This document shows, in pieces, positions 8,694-17,818 of a stretch of DNA of 64,000 bases. Origin of the DNA: an uncultured Actinomycetes bacterium (GTDB taxonomy: Bacteria; Actinomycetota; Humimicrobiia; Humimicrobiales; Humimicrobiaceae); the NCBI GenBank assembly GCA_963847665.1, contig CAWKAO010000001.1, positions 120,131 through 184,130 of the forward strand. The letters run 5' to 3'. Position 1 is the stretch's first letter. Each line of letters begins with the position of its first letter. The notes below the pieces were generated by a model. That model did no database searches and was not told where the DNA came from. It saw only the letters and a list, made by a program, of their open reading frames with translations. Position numbers and translations under genes: made by a program.

Positions 8694-9425
8694 TTGATTT
8701 TAAGGATATATGATTTTTTTATAAGGAAATCTTCCGGGGTAAGAACAGCTTTAAAAATACTTCTCTTTGTGATCATTGCTTTAATATTTTTATTCATCTT
8801 CAGAAATCCTGTCTTTGCTATTTTTCTGGGTATCTGTATTTCCCTGGGTATTTCTGAGATAGCACGTTCCATAAATGAAAGAAGACTGGAAGTGCTTCAT
8901 TCACAGTTAATAGAATTTTTAATCAATATGATAGTGATGGTAAGAGCCGGAAGAAATGTAAGAAACATAATAATCGAGTCAGTGAACTGGACAAAAGACC
9001 CTCTCCGTTTTTATTTAAAAAACCTCGCAAGTGAATTAGAATTAAATGTCCTGTTTGATATTGCATTGGATGACTTTGCAAAAAGTTGTTCAAGCAGGGA
9101 AGCAATACTCCTTGTAACTGCTCTAAAATTAAACAACAGGATCGGTGGTGACCTGGTCTTTGTTCTTGGTAATATAGTAGAGACACTGCAGGAAAGTCTT
9201 CGCTTCAGGTCAAATGCCCGTACCATTACACTGCAGAGCAGGTATTCCGGTACAATAATCGCCCTTCTTCCTGTTATAATCCTGTTTTTTCTTTTCTTCT
9301 TTATTAGAGGGTCCCTCCAGGAATTCTTTTCCAGTAGGGCGGGCAATATCTTGATCATTGCAGGAGGCATTCTGGAGATCCTGGGAATTATTTCGATAAG
9401 GAAAATACTGACCCAAAAGAGTTGA
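8694..9425 (+). CDS. tadB: TadB-like type II secretion F-family membrane protein
   Basis: VRAG, GGDL..VL, T.QSRYS...IALLP; position after cpaF. Confidence 0.82.
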   Translation: MILRIYDFFIRKSSGVRTALKILLFVIIALIFLFIFRNPVFAIFLGICISLGISEIARSINERRLEVLHSQLIEFLINMIVMVRAGRNVRNIIIESVNWTKDPLRFYLKNLASELELNVLFDIALDDFAKSCSSREAILLVTALKLNNRIGGDLVFVLGNIVETLQESLRFRSNARTITLQSRYSGTIIALLPVIILFFLFFFIRGSLQEFFSSRAGNILIIAGGILEILGIISIRKILTQKS

Positions 9426-9428
9426 TAT

Positions 9429-10328
9429 ATGTTATATCTGATGACCCCAATATTATTTTATTTATTTATTGTTGCTGGTTTATTTTTTATGTTAAAAAAC
9501 ATTACAAATAGCAGGAGGCTTAGATATTTAAAGATCCAGTTACAGGACAAGACGACAGGTAAAAAAAACAATAAAATAAAAGGAATCTTTGCTATTATCG
9601 CAGGCAGGGTTGGAGACTTTTTTTCTAAAATCACAAATGAAAGATTCAGGAGAAAATATGAAAGATCCATTGAGTTTATAAGATCATACCAGGATATCAA
9701 TTTTGATTTTAATATATTGTTCGGATATAAAATATTATCTGCATTATGTGGATTTCTCATAGCTCTTTTCGCACTGGAAAAATTATTCTATCTGATACCT
9801 GGATTGATATGCCTTTTTTTAACAGGTTTTTTTATACCCGACATAGTCATTAAAATATTGATATCCAGAAAACTTGAAGAGTTTAATTTAGACCTTCCTT
9901 ATGTGATAGACCTTTTATACATTACTTCACTGTCAGGACAAAATATTTATAATTCGATCAAAATACTTATACAAAAATATAATGGCGCAATTGCTTCTGA
10001 GCTTCAAAGGTTTTTAAGAGAACTTGAATTGGGACTTGGGAGGGAACAGGCTTATGAAAATGCAATTAGCAGAAATAATCCTGATGGTTTTAAAAATCTG
10101 CTCTTTTTACTTATGCAGGCAGAAAAATTCGGTTCAAAGACCAGTGAGATATTGAAGCAAAAATCAAAGTATTTAAGATTCGAGACGGCTCAGAAGGTCG
10201 AAGCGGAATCAAGAAGAGTATCTGTATTTTTAATATTTCCACTTGTATTTTTTATACTGCCGGCCTTTATTTTGCTTGTAGGTGGTCCACTAATATTTTC
10301 TATAGCCGGCAGTTTTAAAGTTGTATAA
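9429..10328 (+). CDS. tadC: TadC-like membrane protein
   Basis: DLPYVIDLL, QAEKFGS, FPLVFFILPA. Confidence 0.85.
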   Translation: MLYLMTPILFYLFIVAGLFFMLKNITNSRRLRYLKIQLQDKTTGKKNNKIKGIFAIIAGRVGDFFSKITNERFRRKYERSIEFIRSYQDINFDFNILFGYKILSALCGFLIALFALEKLFYLIPGLICLFLTGFFIPDIVIKILISRKLEEFNLDLPYVIDLLYITSLSGQNIYNSIKILIQKYNGAIASELQRFLRELELGLGREQAYENAISRNNPDGFKNLLFLLMQAEKFGSKTSEILKQKSKYLRFETAQKVEAESRRVSVFLIFPLVFFILPAFILLVGGPLIFSIAGSFKVV

Positions 10329-10427
10329 AGGTAAAAAAATCTTAAAGTTTTTAGTTTTTCTATTATTTAAAAAGCTTCAATTCTGAAGGGAGGTGACGAC
10401 TGTAATAATTATTATTCGGGAAAGGGG

Positions 10428-10625
10428 GTGATGAAAATCAATAGTATTTTTAAAAAAACAGATAGAAAGTCAAAGATGCTAAATGAAAGGGGCCAGTCTA
10501 CGATGGAATATGCGCTCGTTATGGTAGTGGCCGGAATAATAAGTGCGATACTTGTAGCAGTTGGCAAACCTATGATAGTCGATATTATTTCGAAGGCATT
10601 CAGCAAGATCGCAGAGATGGTCTGA
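10428..10625 (+). CDS. flp: Flp family type IVb pilin
   Basis: ERG|QSTMEYAL prepilin motif followed by a hydrophobic helix. Confidence 0.85.
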   Translation: MMKINSIFKKTDRKSKMLNERGQSTMEYALVMVVAGIISAILVAVGKPMIVDIISKAFSKIAEMV

Positions 10626-10710
10626 AAATACCAATATGAATGATCTGATCGGGAAGCAGTCTTTAAAAAAATAGTTCTTTGTTCTAATGATCACTAAGTC
10701 AATTTAATTA

Positions 10711-11181
10711 ATGCTCAAAAATAGTTTTATGAAAAAGATAAATAAAATAAATCATATTAAAAAAACTTCAAAATTAAATAAATATATGGCCTCCGGTTCG
10801 AAAGCTCAGGCTTCAATTGAGTTTATTCTGGTCATTCCTATTTTAATAATAGTTATTTTGATTGTTTCCCAGTTAGGTCACTATGTATATCTTCAAAATG
10901 TCCTTGAACAGGCAGCGCGCGAAGGTGCAAGAATAATCTCTACAACAAACTCGGACAATGATGCGCGCAACCAGATATCTGGTATCTGTAAGACATTGGA
11001 AAAAGATAAAATAAATATAGAAATCCAGCCAGATAATAGACACGAGAGAAAAGTAGGGGACAATGTCAGGGTCACTATCAGCTATCAGCATGGTGGAATT
11101 GCAAATATATTTAATTTCCTTACGGGAAATGATTACTTAATAAAAAGTTCAAGTACCATGAGGATGGAATGCAACACTTAA
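10711..11181 (+). CDS. tadE: TadE-like pseudopilin
   Basis: AQASIEFILVIP...LEQAAREGAR; start uncertain. Confidence 0.85.
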   Translation: MLKNSFMKKINKINHIKKTSKLNKYMASGSKAQASIEFILVIPILIIVILIVSQLGHYVYLQNVLEQAAREGARIISTTNSDNDARNQISGICKTLEKDKINIEIQPDNRHERKVGDNVRVTISYQHGGIANIFNFLTGNDYLIKSSSTMRMECNT

Positions 11182-11612
11182 AGATAAAACCGGAATCAAA
11201 TAAAACATCGATCTCCGGGAATATAAGTATTATTTCCCTTATTTCTATTGCAGTAGTCGCATTTATTTTTTTTATTCTTACGGACATTTGCAGGATTTTT
11301 ATAATCAGGGAAATGACTAAAAATACTGCAGATGCAATAGCCTTATCCTGTGCACAGGATATACTTTTTTTTGAAGTCGATAAAACAGAATCCCTAGCTC
11401 AGGATATGGCTGAAAGAAATTCATGCAAACTGTTAGAAATCAAGATCTTTTATGACAGGGTATTTGTCTCTGTGGAAAAAGAATTACATTTTGTTATGCT
11501 CAAATCCTTTTATCCTGAAGGCTGTACCATTTCATCTTCTTCTTCTGCAACGGTAATTTTCCCCTGGGATGAGAGCTTTGAATACTGTGATTCATACTTG
11601 TTCAGCTACTGA
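11169..11612 (+). CDS. TadG/TadE-like pilus assembly protein
   Basis: G-NIS hydrophobic N-terminus, KNTADAIALSCA motif; last Tad gene. Confidence 0.65.
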   Translation: MQHLKIKPESNKTSISGNISIISLISIAVVAFIFFILTDICRIFIIREMTKNTADAIALSCAQDILFFEVDKTESLAQDMAERNSCKLLEIKIFYDRVFVSVEKELHFVMLKSFYPEGCTISSSSSATVIFPWDESFEYCDSYLFSY

Positions 11613-11641
11613 TTTTTTTAAAAAAATAATGAGGAGGTAAA

Positions 11642-12142
11642 TTGGCAAATATAAATCAAGTATATTTACTGGGTAACCTGACAAAGGACCCGGAACTAAA
11701 ATACACCTATGAAGGAATGGCTATTGCAGAGATGGGAATAGCCATAAGCAAAAAATGGAAAGATAATGATGGAACCGAGAACAGGATGACAGATTTTTTT
11801 AATATTACAGCATGGAACCATTTAGCAGAAAACTGCGCAGGTACTCTTAAAAAAGGAGATAGGGTCTTTGTAGGAGGGCATCTGAATCTAAGGACCTGGG
11901 AAAACAGGGATGGTAAAAAATTCAATATAGTAAATATCACAGCAGATGTAGTATCCAGCAGCCTGGAATTCTCAGGGGCAAAAGATGATAACAGTAAACA
12001 AAAGAAAATTGTTGAGACCATAAAAAACAACGAGGGAGGCAAAAAAGGAAACGACTTGAAAAAAAACACTGAGAAAGATACTCCTGAAATAAAAAGTATT
12101 GATCCTGATGATGAGTTATCAGATGAAGGTGACAGTAGTTGA
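11642..12142 (+). CDS. ssb: Single-stranded DNA-binding protein (non-canonical C-terminus)
   Basis: INQVYLLGNLTKDPELKYT, LKKGDRVFV.G.L..RTWE; GAGGAGG RBS with TTG start. Confidence 0.92.
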   Translation: MANINQVYLLGNLTKDPELKYTYEGMAIAEMGIAISKKWKDNDGTENRMTDFFNITAWNHLAENCAGTLKKGDRVFVGGHLNLRTWENRDGKKFNIVNITADVVSSSLEFSGAKDDNSKQKKIVETIKNNEGGKKGNDLKKNTEKDTPEIKSIDPDDELSDEGDSS

Positions 12143-12202
12143 TAAATTAAGATAAATGGTCAAGAAAAAATCTGAAGTCAAAAAGAAAAAGTTTTAAATT
12201 AT

Positions 12203-12240
12203 AAAAGTCCTGTACAGCTACCAGTACAGGACTTTTTTTT
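12203..12240 (+). terminator. Intrinsic terminator after the tad-ssb operon
   Basis: AAAAGTCCTGTAC-agctacca-GTACAGGACTTTT plus T-run. Confidence 0.85.
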
Positions 12241-12277
12241 ATTTTATTTATTTTAAATAAATTAATACAATTACTTT

Positions 12278-13357
12278 ATGCAGGTAGGAATCATAGGTTT
12301 ACCAAATGTAGGAAAATCAACAATATTTAATGCACTTACGAGTGCAAATGCAGCCGTTGCAAATTACCCTTTTTGTACTATCGATCCAAATGCCGGCCAG
12401 GTAAATGTCCCTGATAAAAACCTTGTTGGCCTGGCCAATATATATGATTCAAAAAAAATAACAAATTCCTCGATAAAGATACTTGATGTGGCAGGACTGG
12501 TCAAAGGTGCAAGTAAAGGTGAAGGGCTTGGCAACATGTTTCTTTCACACATACGGGAAGTAGATGTTGTGGTCCATATAGTCAGATGCTTTGAAGATGG
12601 TGATATCCCCCATTCTTCCCTCCAGATAGATCCTGTTGATGATATCGAGACAATAGAGACAGAACTTATCCTTGCGGACCTCGAAATGCTTGAGAAGAAG
12701 AAGGAAGGACTTTCGAGCCTACTAAAAGCGCAGGACCAGGGGGCAAAAGAGAATAGTGTTATTATCGACTTGTTAATAAAAAGTTTAAACAGCGGGGAAA
12801 TACCTGAAGCTCTAAAGTTGAAGGAAAAATATCCGGAGTTTTTGACAAGCCTGGGTTTATTTATTTTGAAGCCCTCACTGATAGTGGCCAATTTGGGTGA
12901 AGAAAAAGGTAGCGAGGTGCTTTACAGGAAGCTTATCGAAAGATTTGAGAACAGGAAAAATATTATTAAGGTATACGGCAAGCTTGAAAAGGAACTCACA
13001 GAACTTCAGGAGACAGAACGAGAAGAGTACAGGAAGGAAATGGGAATACCTGAGGGAGGTTTGGATGACTTCATTTCGGTATGTTATCGGATGCTCGATC
13101 TTATAACCTTCTATACAATCAATGAGAATGAGACCAGGGCCTGGCCCATAAGAGCCGGTTCTTCAGTAATAGAAGCTGCAGGAAAGATCCATACAGATAT
13201 GCAGAGAGGCTTTATAAAAGCAGAAGTCATAGACTGCAGCACTTTATTGGAACACGGTTCGATACATAGAGCCAGGGAAGAAGGTAGGGTAAGGATAGAA
13301 GGCAGGGACTATATAGTAAAAGATGAAGATGTTGTACAAATAAGATTTGCAGTTTAG
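12278..13357 (+). CDS. ychF: Ribosome-binding ATPase YchF
   Basis: GLPNVGKST, ANYPFCTIDPN, GLVKGASKGEGLGN, AAGKIHTD. Confidence 0.96.
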   Translation: MQVGIIGLPNVGKSTIFNALTSANAAVANYPFCTIDPNAGQVNVPDKNLVGLANIYDSKKITNSSIKILDVAGLVKGASKGEGLGNMFLSHIREVDVVVHIVRCFEDGDIPHSSLQIDPVDDIETIETELILADLEMLEKKKEGLSSLLKAQDQGAKENSVIIDLLIKSLNSGEIPEALKLKEKYPEFLTSLGLFILKPSLIVANLGEEKGSEVLYRKLIERFENRKNIIKVYGKLEKELTELQETEREEYRKEMGIPEGGLDDFISVCYRMLDLITFYTINENETRAWPIRAGSSVIEAAGKIHTDMQRGFIKAEVIDCSTLLEHGSIHRAREEGRVRIEGRDYIVKDEDVVQIRFAV

Positions 13358-13386
13358 TAATACACGATCCGCTCATTATTTTATAA

Positions 13387-14337
13387 ATGGAGGCTTTTTT
13401 GATTAGAAGATCTGACTATGAAGATTATGATTACAGGGAATTCTGGCAGGATGATAAAAGATTGTACGAGGATATCTCTGAACGTATTGCTATCAGGAAG
13501 CTCCTTAAAACAATAAAAAACAGGGAAGCAACATTTTTGGATCTGGGTTGTGGTTACGGGAGATTGTTTAATGAGTATAGTGATTTTAAAAATATAATAC
13601 TTGTAGATTATTCAATAAAGAACCTGAATAATGCAAAGGCTTCAATCGAAAGGTTTTTAAATAATGACTCAAATAAGATGGCAGGCATTTTTTTTGTTTC
13701 TGCTGACGTTAATAACCTGCCAATAAAAGACAGCATTGTTGATATTGCTTTTTCAGTAAGGCTTATACATCATCTTTCGGACCTAAAAGTTTTTTTCACC
13801 GAAGTAAAAAGGATACTGGGTAGTAGCGGACTGTTTATTTTTGAGTTCGCGAATAAACGTAACTTAAAAAATATCTTGCGGTTTCTTTCAGGAAGGATCA
13901 AGGCGTCACCATTCAGTGAGGCTGGATTCCAGGTAGGGGAGACAATCCTTAACTACCACCCAGGGTATATAAAGCGTTTATTGAAATACTCAGGTTTTTC
14001 AATTCTTAAGAAAAAAAGTGTATCTAATTTCAGGTTGGATATCTTAAAAAGACTGATCAATATAAGAATACTTATTTTTTTTGAAAACCTATATCAAAAT
14101 ATTTTTTCTTTTATCGATCTTGGTCCCAGTATTTTTTTTAAGACAAAGAGCATTAAAAAAGAAAGTGCCAGCTTTTCTGATGACGGAAAAATGGCAATCC
14201 TTAAACCATCAGAAATATTTGTTTGTCCATATTGCAGGAAGTCCGGTCTTGACTTTGCATTAGAAAACAAGATCGTGTGCATGGATTGTAAGAGGGAATT
14301 TACTTTGACAAACGGTGTATATGATTTCAAGCTGTAG
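13387..14337 (+). CDS. Class I SAM-dependent methyltransferase with C-terminal Trm112-like zinc ribbon
   Basis: LDLGCGYGR; C-terminal CPYC...CMDC...NGVYDF. Confidence 0.8.
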   Translation: MEAFLIRRSDYEDYDYREFWQDDKRLYEDISERIAIRKLLKTIKNREATFLDLGCGYGRLFNEYSDFKNIILVDYSIKNLNNAKASIERFLNNDSNKMAGIFFVSADVNNLPIKDSIVDIAFSVRLIHHLSDLKVFFTEVKRILGSSGLFIFEFANKRNLKNILRFLSGRIKASPFSEAGFQVGETILNYHPGYIKRLLKYSGFSILKKKSVSNFRLDILKRLINIRILIFFENLYQNIFSFIDLGPSIFFKTKSIKKESASFSDDGKMAILKPSEIFVCPYCRKSGLDFALENKIVCMDCKREFTLTNGVYDFKL

Positions 14338-14442
14338 TATCAATATATTTAAAAATATATGCGAATCATTGTAATAATAATAATATTTGTTACAATTGTG
14401 CTACAAAGTATTTTTTAGTTTACCAGGAAAAGGCTGATTTTT

Positions 14443-15093
14443 ATGGAAGTTAAAGACAGGATATACTCTGAGGGTATAATAACGAGATTATCGCAGTATC
14501 TAAAATATATTGTACACCTGAGGGATATCGGTAAAAGAACCGTGACATCACTTGAAATTTCAGGACATACGAAGATCAATAGCGCAGAAGTAAGAAGGGA
14601 CCTGATCTACTTCGGGCTAAAAGGAAAAAGAGGAGTAGGTTTTAATATTGAGGACCTTATAATTGCTTTCAACAAAATACTCGGATATAACGAAAGAGTA
14701 AATGTAGCCTTAGTCGGCGCCGGAAATCTGGGGAAAGCTATACTCAATTATAAGATGCTTGATAAATTTGGTTTTAAGATAGAAAACGTTTTTGATAATA
14801 AATCAGAAGTGATCGGTAAAATAATATCAGGCAGGAGAATAAATGATATCGAGATGATGAAGACTATTGTTAAAGACCAGGGTATTAATATAGCAATACT
14901 CGCAGTGCCTGAAGATTCTGCCCAGAAAGTAGCTGATCAGCTTGTAAATGCCGGTATCAGGGTCATAATCAATTATACCTCTGTACCGATAAAAGTACCG
15001 AAAAATATCAGTATTGAGACGAATGATCCAATAGAAAAATTACTTCATACACTTTATTATTTGTCAAATACAGTATACGCGGGCCATAATTAA
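14443..15093 (+). CDS. rex: Redox-sensing transcriptional repressor Rex
   Basis: RLSQY, VRRDLIYFG..GKRGVGF, VGAGNLGKA. Confidence 0.93.
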   Translation: MEVKDRIYSEGIITRLSQYLKYIVHLRDIGKRTVTSLEISGHTKINSAEVRRDLIYFGLKGKRGVGFNIEDLIIAFNKILGYNERVNVALVGAGNLGKAILNYKMLDKFGFKIENVFDNKSEVIGKIISGRRINDIEMMKTIVKDQGINIAILAVPEDSAQKVADQLVNAGIRVIINYTSVPIKVPKNISIETNDPIEKLLHTLYYLSNTVYAGHN

Positions 15094-15096
15094 ATT

Positions 15097-15978
15097 ATGA
15101 ATAAAGCAAAAGGTTGTTTTATAGTTTTTGTTGTGATCTTTGTTATAGCGGTCTTTACAGTACTCATTTTTTCACTCCCGAAGTTTTTTCAATCAGATAG
15201 TTCAAACGCCCAATCATCCTCCGCTGCATCAGGGGATATTTCACTTGGTTTTTCTGCAAAGGATTACCTTTTCCTTGGTGTAGATGAGAGAGAGGGATTT
15301 AAAGATTTTAAGGGCAGGACTGATACGATACTCATATATCACATTGGAAGCTGGGGCAAAAAAGATGTACTTATATCCGTACCAAGAGATACAAGAGTAG
15401 ACCTGGAAGGTCATGGCTGGAACAAAATAAATGCTGCTTATGTCTATGGCGGCGAGGAAATGTTAAAAGATGAGATTTTAAAGCTTACAGGTATATCAAT
15501 AGACAAGACAATGATGATTAATTTTGATGGTTTTAAAGAGCTGATAGATACCCTTGGTGGAGTTGAGATAACTGTCGATGAGCCAATGCATGACCCTTTG
15601 TCGGGAGCAGATTTTGAGCCTGGTACTTATATGATGAACGGTGAGCAGGCTCTGGCTTTTGCCCGTAACAGAAAAACTGCGATGGGTGATTTTGACAGGG
15701 TCGATAGGCAGAAATATCTGATCAGCCAAATAATAAAACAAAAATTAAACGCTTCGATAATACTAAAAGCCCCGCAACTGATATCGATTCTAAACAAGGA
15801 CACAAAATCAGATTTTTCTACCTTCGACTATATAAATTTTGGAGCAATACTGATTTTTTCAGATAAAGATATAGAGAGGGTGACACTTCCAGGCAAGACT
15901 GCCACAATTGATGGTATAAGTTATGTACTGGTGGATGAAGCAGAAGCTAAAGAGTTTTTAAAAGATTATCTGGAATAA
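15097..15978 (+). CDS. LCP family cell-wall glycopolymer transferase
   Basis: GRTDTI, SVPRDT, KINAAY, ALAFARNR...GDFDRVDRQ. Confidence 0.92.
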   Translation: MNKAKGCFIVFVVIFVIAVFTVLIFSLPKFFQSDSSNAQSSSAASGDISLGFSAKDYLFLGVDEREGFKDFKGRTDTILIYHIGSWGKKDVLISVPRDTRVDLEGHGWNKINAAYVYGGEEMLKDEILKLTGISIDKTMMINFDGFKELIDTLGGVEITVDEPMHDPLSGADFEPGTYMMNGEQALAFARNRKTAMGDFDRVDRQKYLISQIIKQKLNASIILKAPQLISILNKDTKSDFSTFDYINFGAILIFSDKDIERVTLPGKTATIDGISYVLVDEAEAKEFLKDYLE

Positions 15979-16129
15979 CCAGGTTATTATTTCCCTTGTC
16001 AGACAACTAAAAATCTATAGTAATTATTTTGATTTTATGATTAAATTTTTTAGGGTTAATGAATATCTTCATCAACAGATGCAATAAAAAAAATACTTAT
16101 TAGTTTTTTATGTTAACAAGGTAGGAAAT

Positions 16130-16438
16130 ATGTGTGCAGAAGAAGAATTAAGCATAGCCAATCTTTCTCAGCTTTCTGAAGAAAAGAAGTTTTTACTTCA
16201 AGTCTCCTCAAAATCAGAAAGACTTTTAAACTTCATAAAAAATGATATACCCGGCACTGAAAAAGAATGGCTGGCAGATTTCAAGAGCTGGGAAATGACA
16301 CATAACTGGTTAAAGATCATCAGTGATATCTGTATAAATGAATACGACCAGGTCTTTTTTGATATCGGTGATGAACTTTATGATCTGAAGGATCCCCAGA
16401 ATTATCAAACGTTCAAGAAAAAAATACTTGATGTTTAG
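16130..16438 (+). CDS. Hypothetical protein
   Basis: 102-aa ORF with AGG-type RBS directly upstream of purB; no recognised motif. Confidence 0.6.
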   Translation: MCAEEELSIANLSQLSEEKKFLLQVSSKSERLLNFIKNDIPGTEKEWLADFKSWEMTHNWLKIISDICINEYDQVFFDIGDELYDLKDPQNYQTFKKKILDV

Positions 16439-16456
16439 CTTTTTTCAGGAGTTATA

Positions 16457-17758
16457 ATGATTCCAAGATATACAAATCCTGAAATGGGAAAGATATGGGA
16501 GGAAGATTCCAAATTTGATTACTGGCTGCAGATCGAAAAAGCTGTAAGTAAGGCACAGGCAGAAAATGGCATAATACCTGCAAAGGCAGCTAAAGACATC
16601 AATGATCTGGCAAGATTTGAGATAGAAAAAATAGATGAGATAGAGGCACAGACCCACCATGACGTGATCGCATTTCTCACAAATGTTTCTTCATACATCG
16701 GGCAATCATCAAAATATCTTCATTATGGATTGACCTCTTCAGATATAGGTGATACAGCTCTTTCCATGCAGATGAGGGATTCAAGCATAATAATCATAGA
16801 TAAAGTAAAGAAAATGCTTAAAGTACTTATCCAGTCTGCAAGAAAATATAAGAATACTGTCATGGTAGGAAGGACGCATGGCATACATGCTGAACCTATA
16901 ACACTTGGTTTTAAATTTGCAGTCTGGGCCTTTGAGATGGATAGAAACCTAAAGAGGATAGAGAATGCAAAGGAAACAATAAGTTATGGAAAAATATCCG
17001 GAGCGGTAGGGACCTACGCAAATACATCACCTGAAATAGAAAAAAAGGTGTGCGAAATACTTGGCCTCAAACCTTCTCCCGCTTCAACACAGATACTTCA
17101 GAGAGACAGGCATGCACAGATGCTATCCGTGATCGCAATCTGCGGTGCGACTCTTGAAAAGATCGCCCTTGAAGTAAGAGGGTTGCAGAAGACTGATATC
17201 AAGGAGATAGAGGAACCTTTCCAGAAGGGCCAGAAGGGATCTTCAGCAATGCCTCATAAAAGAAACCCAATACTGTGTGAAAGAATATGTGGACTTGCAA
17301 GAGTGCTGAGGTCCAATGCTGGGGCAGGGTATGAAAACATAGCTCTCTGGCATGAAAGGGATATCTCACATTCTTCTGCTGAGCGTATTATTCTTCCTGA
17401 TAGCTTTATCCTGCTTGACTATATGCTGGATAAAACCACTTTTGTTGTAGATAATTTAAATGTATTCGAGGGTAACATGAAGAGAAACCTCATGAAATAC
17501 GGTGGTATAATATTTTCTCAAAGAGTCCTGCTGGAGCTTATCGACAGGGGAATGCTCAGGGAAGATGCCTATGCATTAATACAGGCTTCAGCCATGAAAG
17601 CTTGGGAAGAAGAGGGCAGCTTCAAAGATAATATAATAAATGATGCAAAAGTCCTGCAATATCTAAATGGGGATGAAATAGAAGCCCTGTTTGACGTAAA
17701 ATATCACCTGCAGTATGTAGATACTGTAATTGAAAGATTGAAAGTCCTGGAGCTATAA
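16457..17758 (+). CDS. purB: Adenylosuccinate lyase
   Basis: GRTHGIHAEP, GSSAMPHKRNP, WHERDISHSS. Confidence 0.97.
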   Translation: MIPRYTNPEMGKIWEEDSKFDYWLQIEKAVSKAQAENGIIPAKAAKDINDLARFEIEKIDEIEAQTHHDVIAFLTNVSSYIGQSSKYLHYGLTSSDIGDTALSMQMRDSSIIIIDKVKKMLKVLIQSARKYKNTVMVGRTHGIHAEPITLGFKFAVWAFEMDRNLKRIENAKETISYGKISGAVGTYANTSPEIEKKVCEILGLKPSPASTQILQRDRHAQMLSVIAICGATLEKIALEVRGLQKTDIKEIEEPFQKGQKGSSAMPHKRNPILCERICGLARVLRSNAGAGYENIALWHERDISHSSAERIILPDSFILLDYMLDKTTFVVDNLNVFEGNMKRNLMKYGGIIFSQRVLLELIDRGMLREDAYALIQASAMKAWEEEGSFKDNIINDAKVLQYLNGDEIEALFDVKYHLQYVDTVIERLKVLEL

Positions 17759-17818
17759 TTGCTGATCATTTAGAAATTTTTTAGTCTCATAATCTTTTAT
17801 CATAGAAAGGAAAAAGTA

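Noticed and set aside
14369-14406. Rex operator upstream of rex
   Set aside because: TTGT...ACAA half-sites are present, but spacing does not fit TTGTGAA-N4-TTCACAA.
15979-16456. Purine or ZTP riboswitch ahead of the pur cluster
   Set aside because: No recognisable aptamer consensus or terminator in this AT-rich leader.
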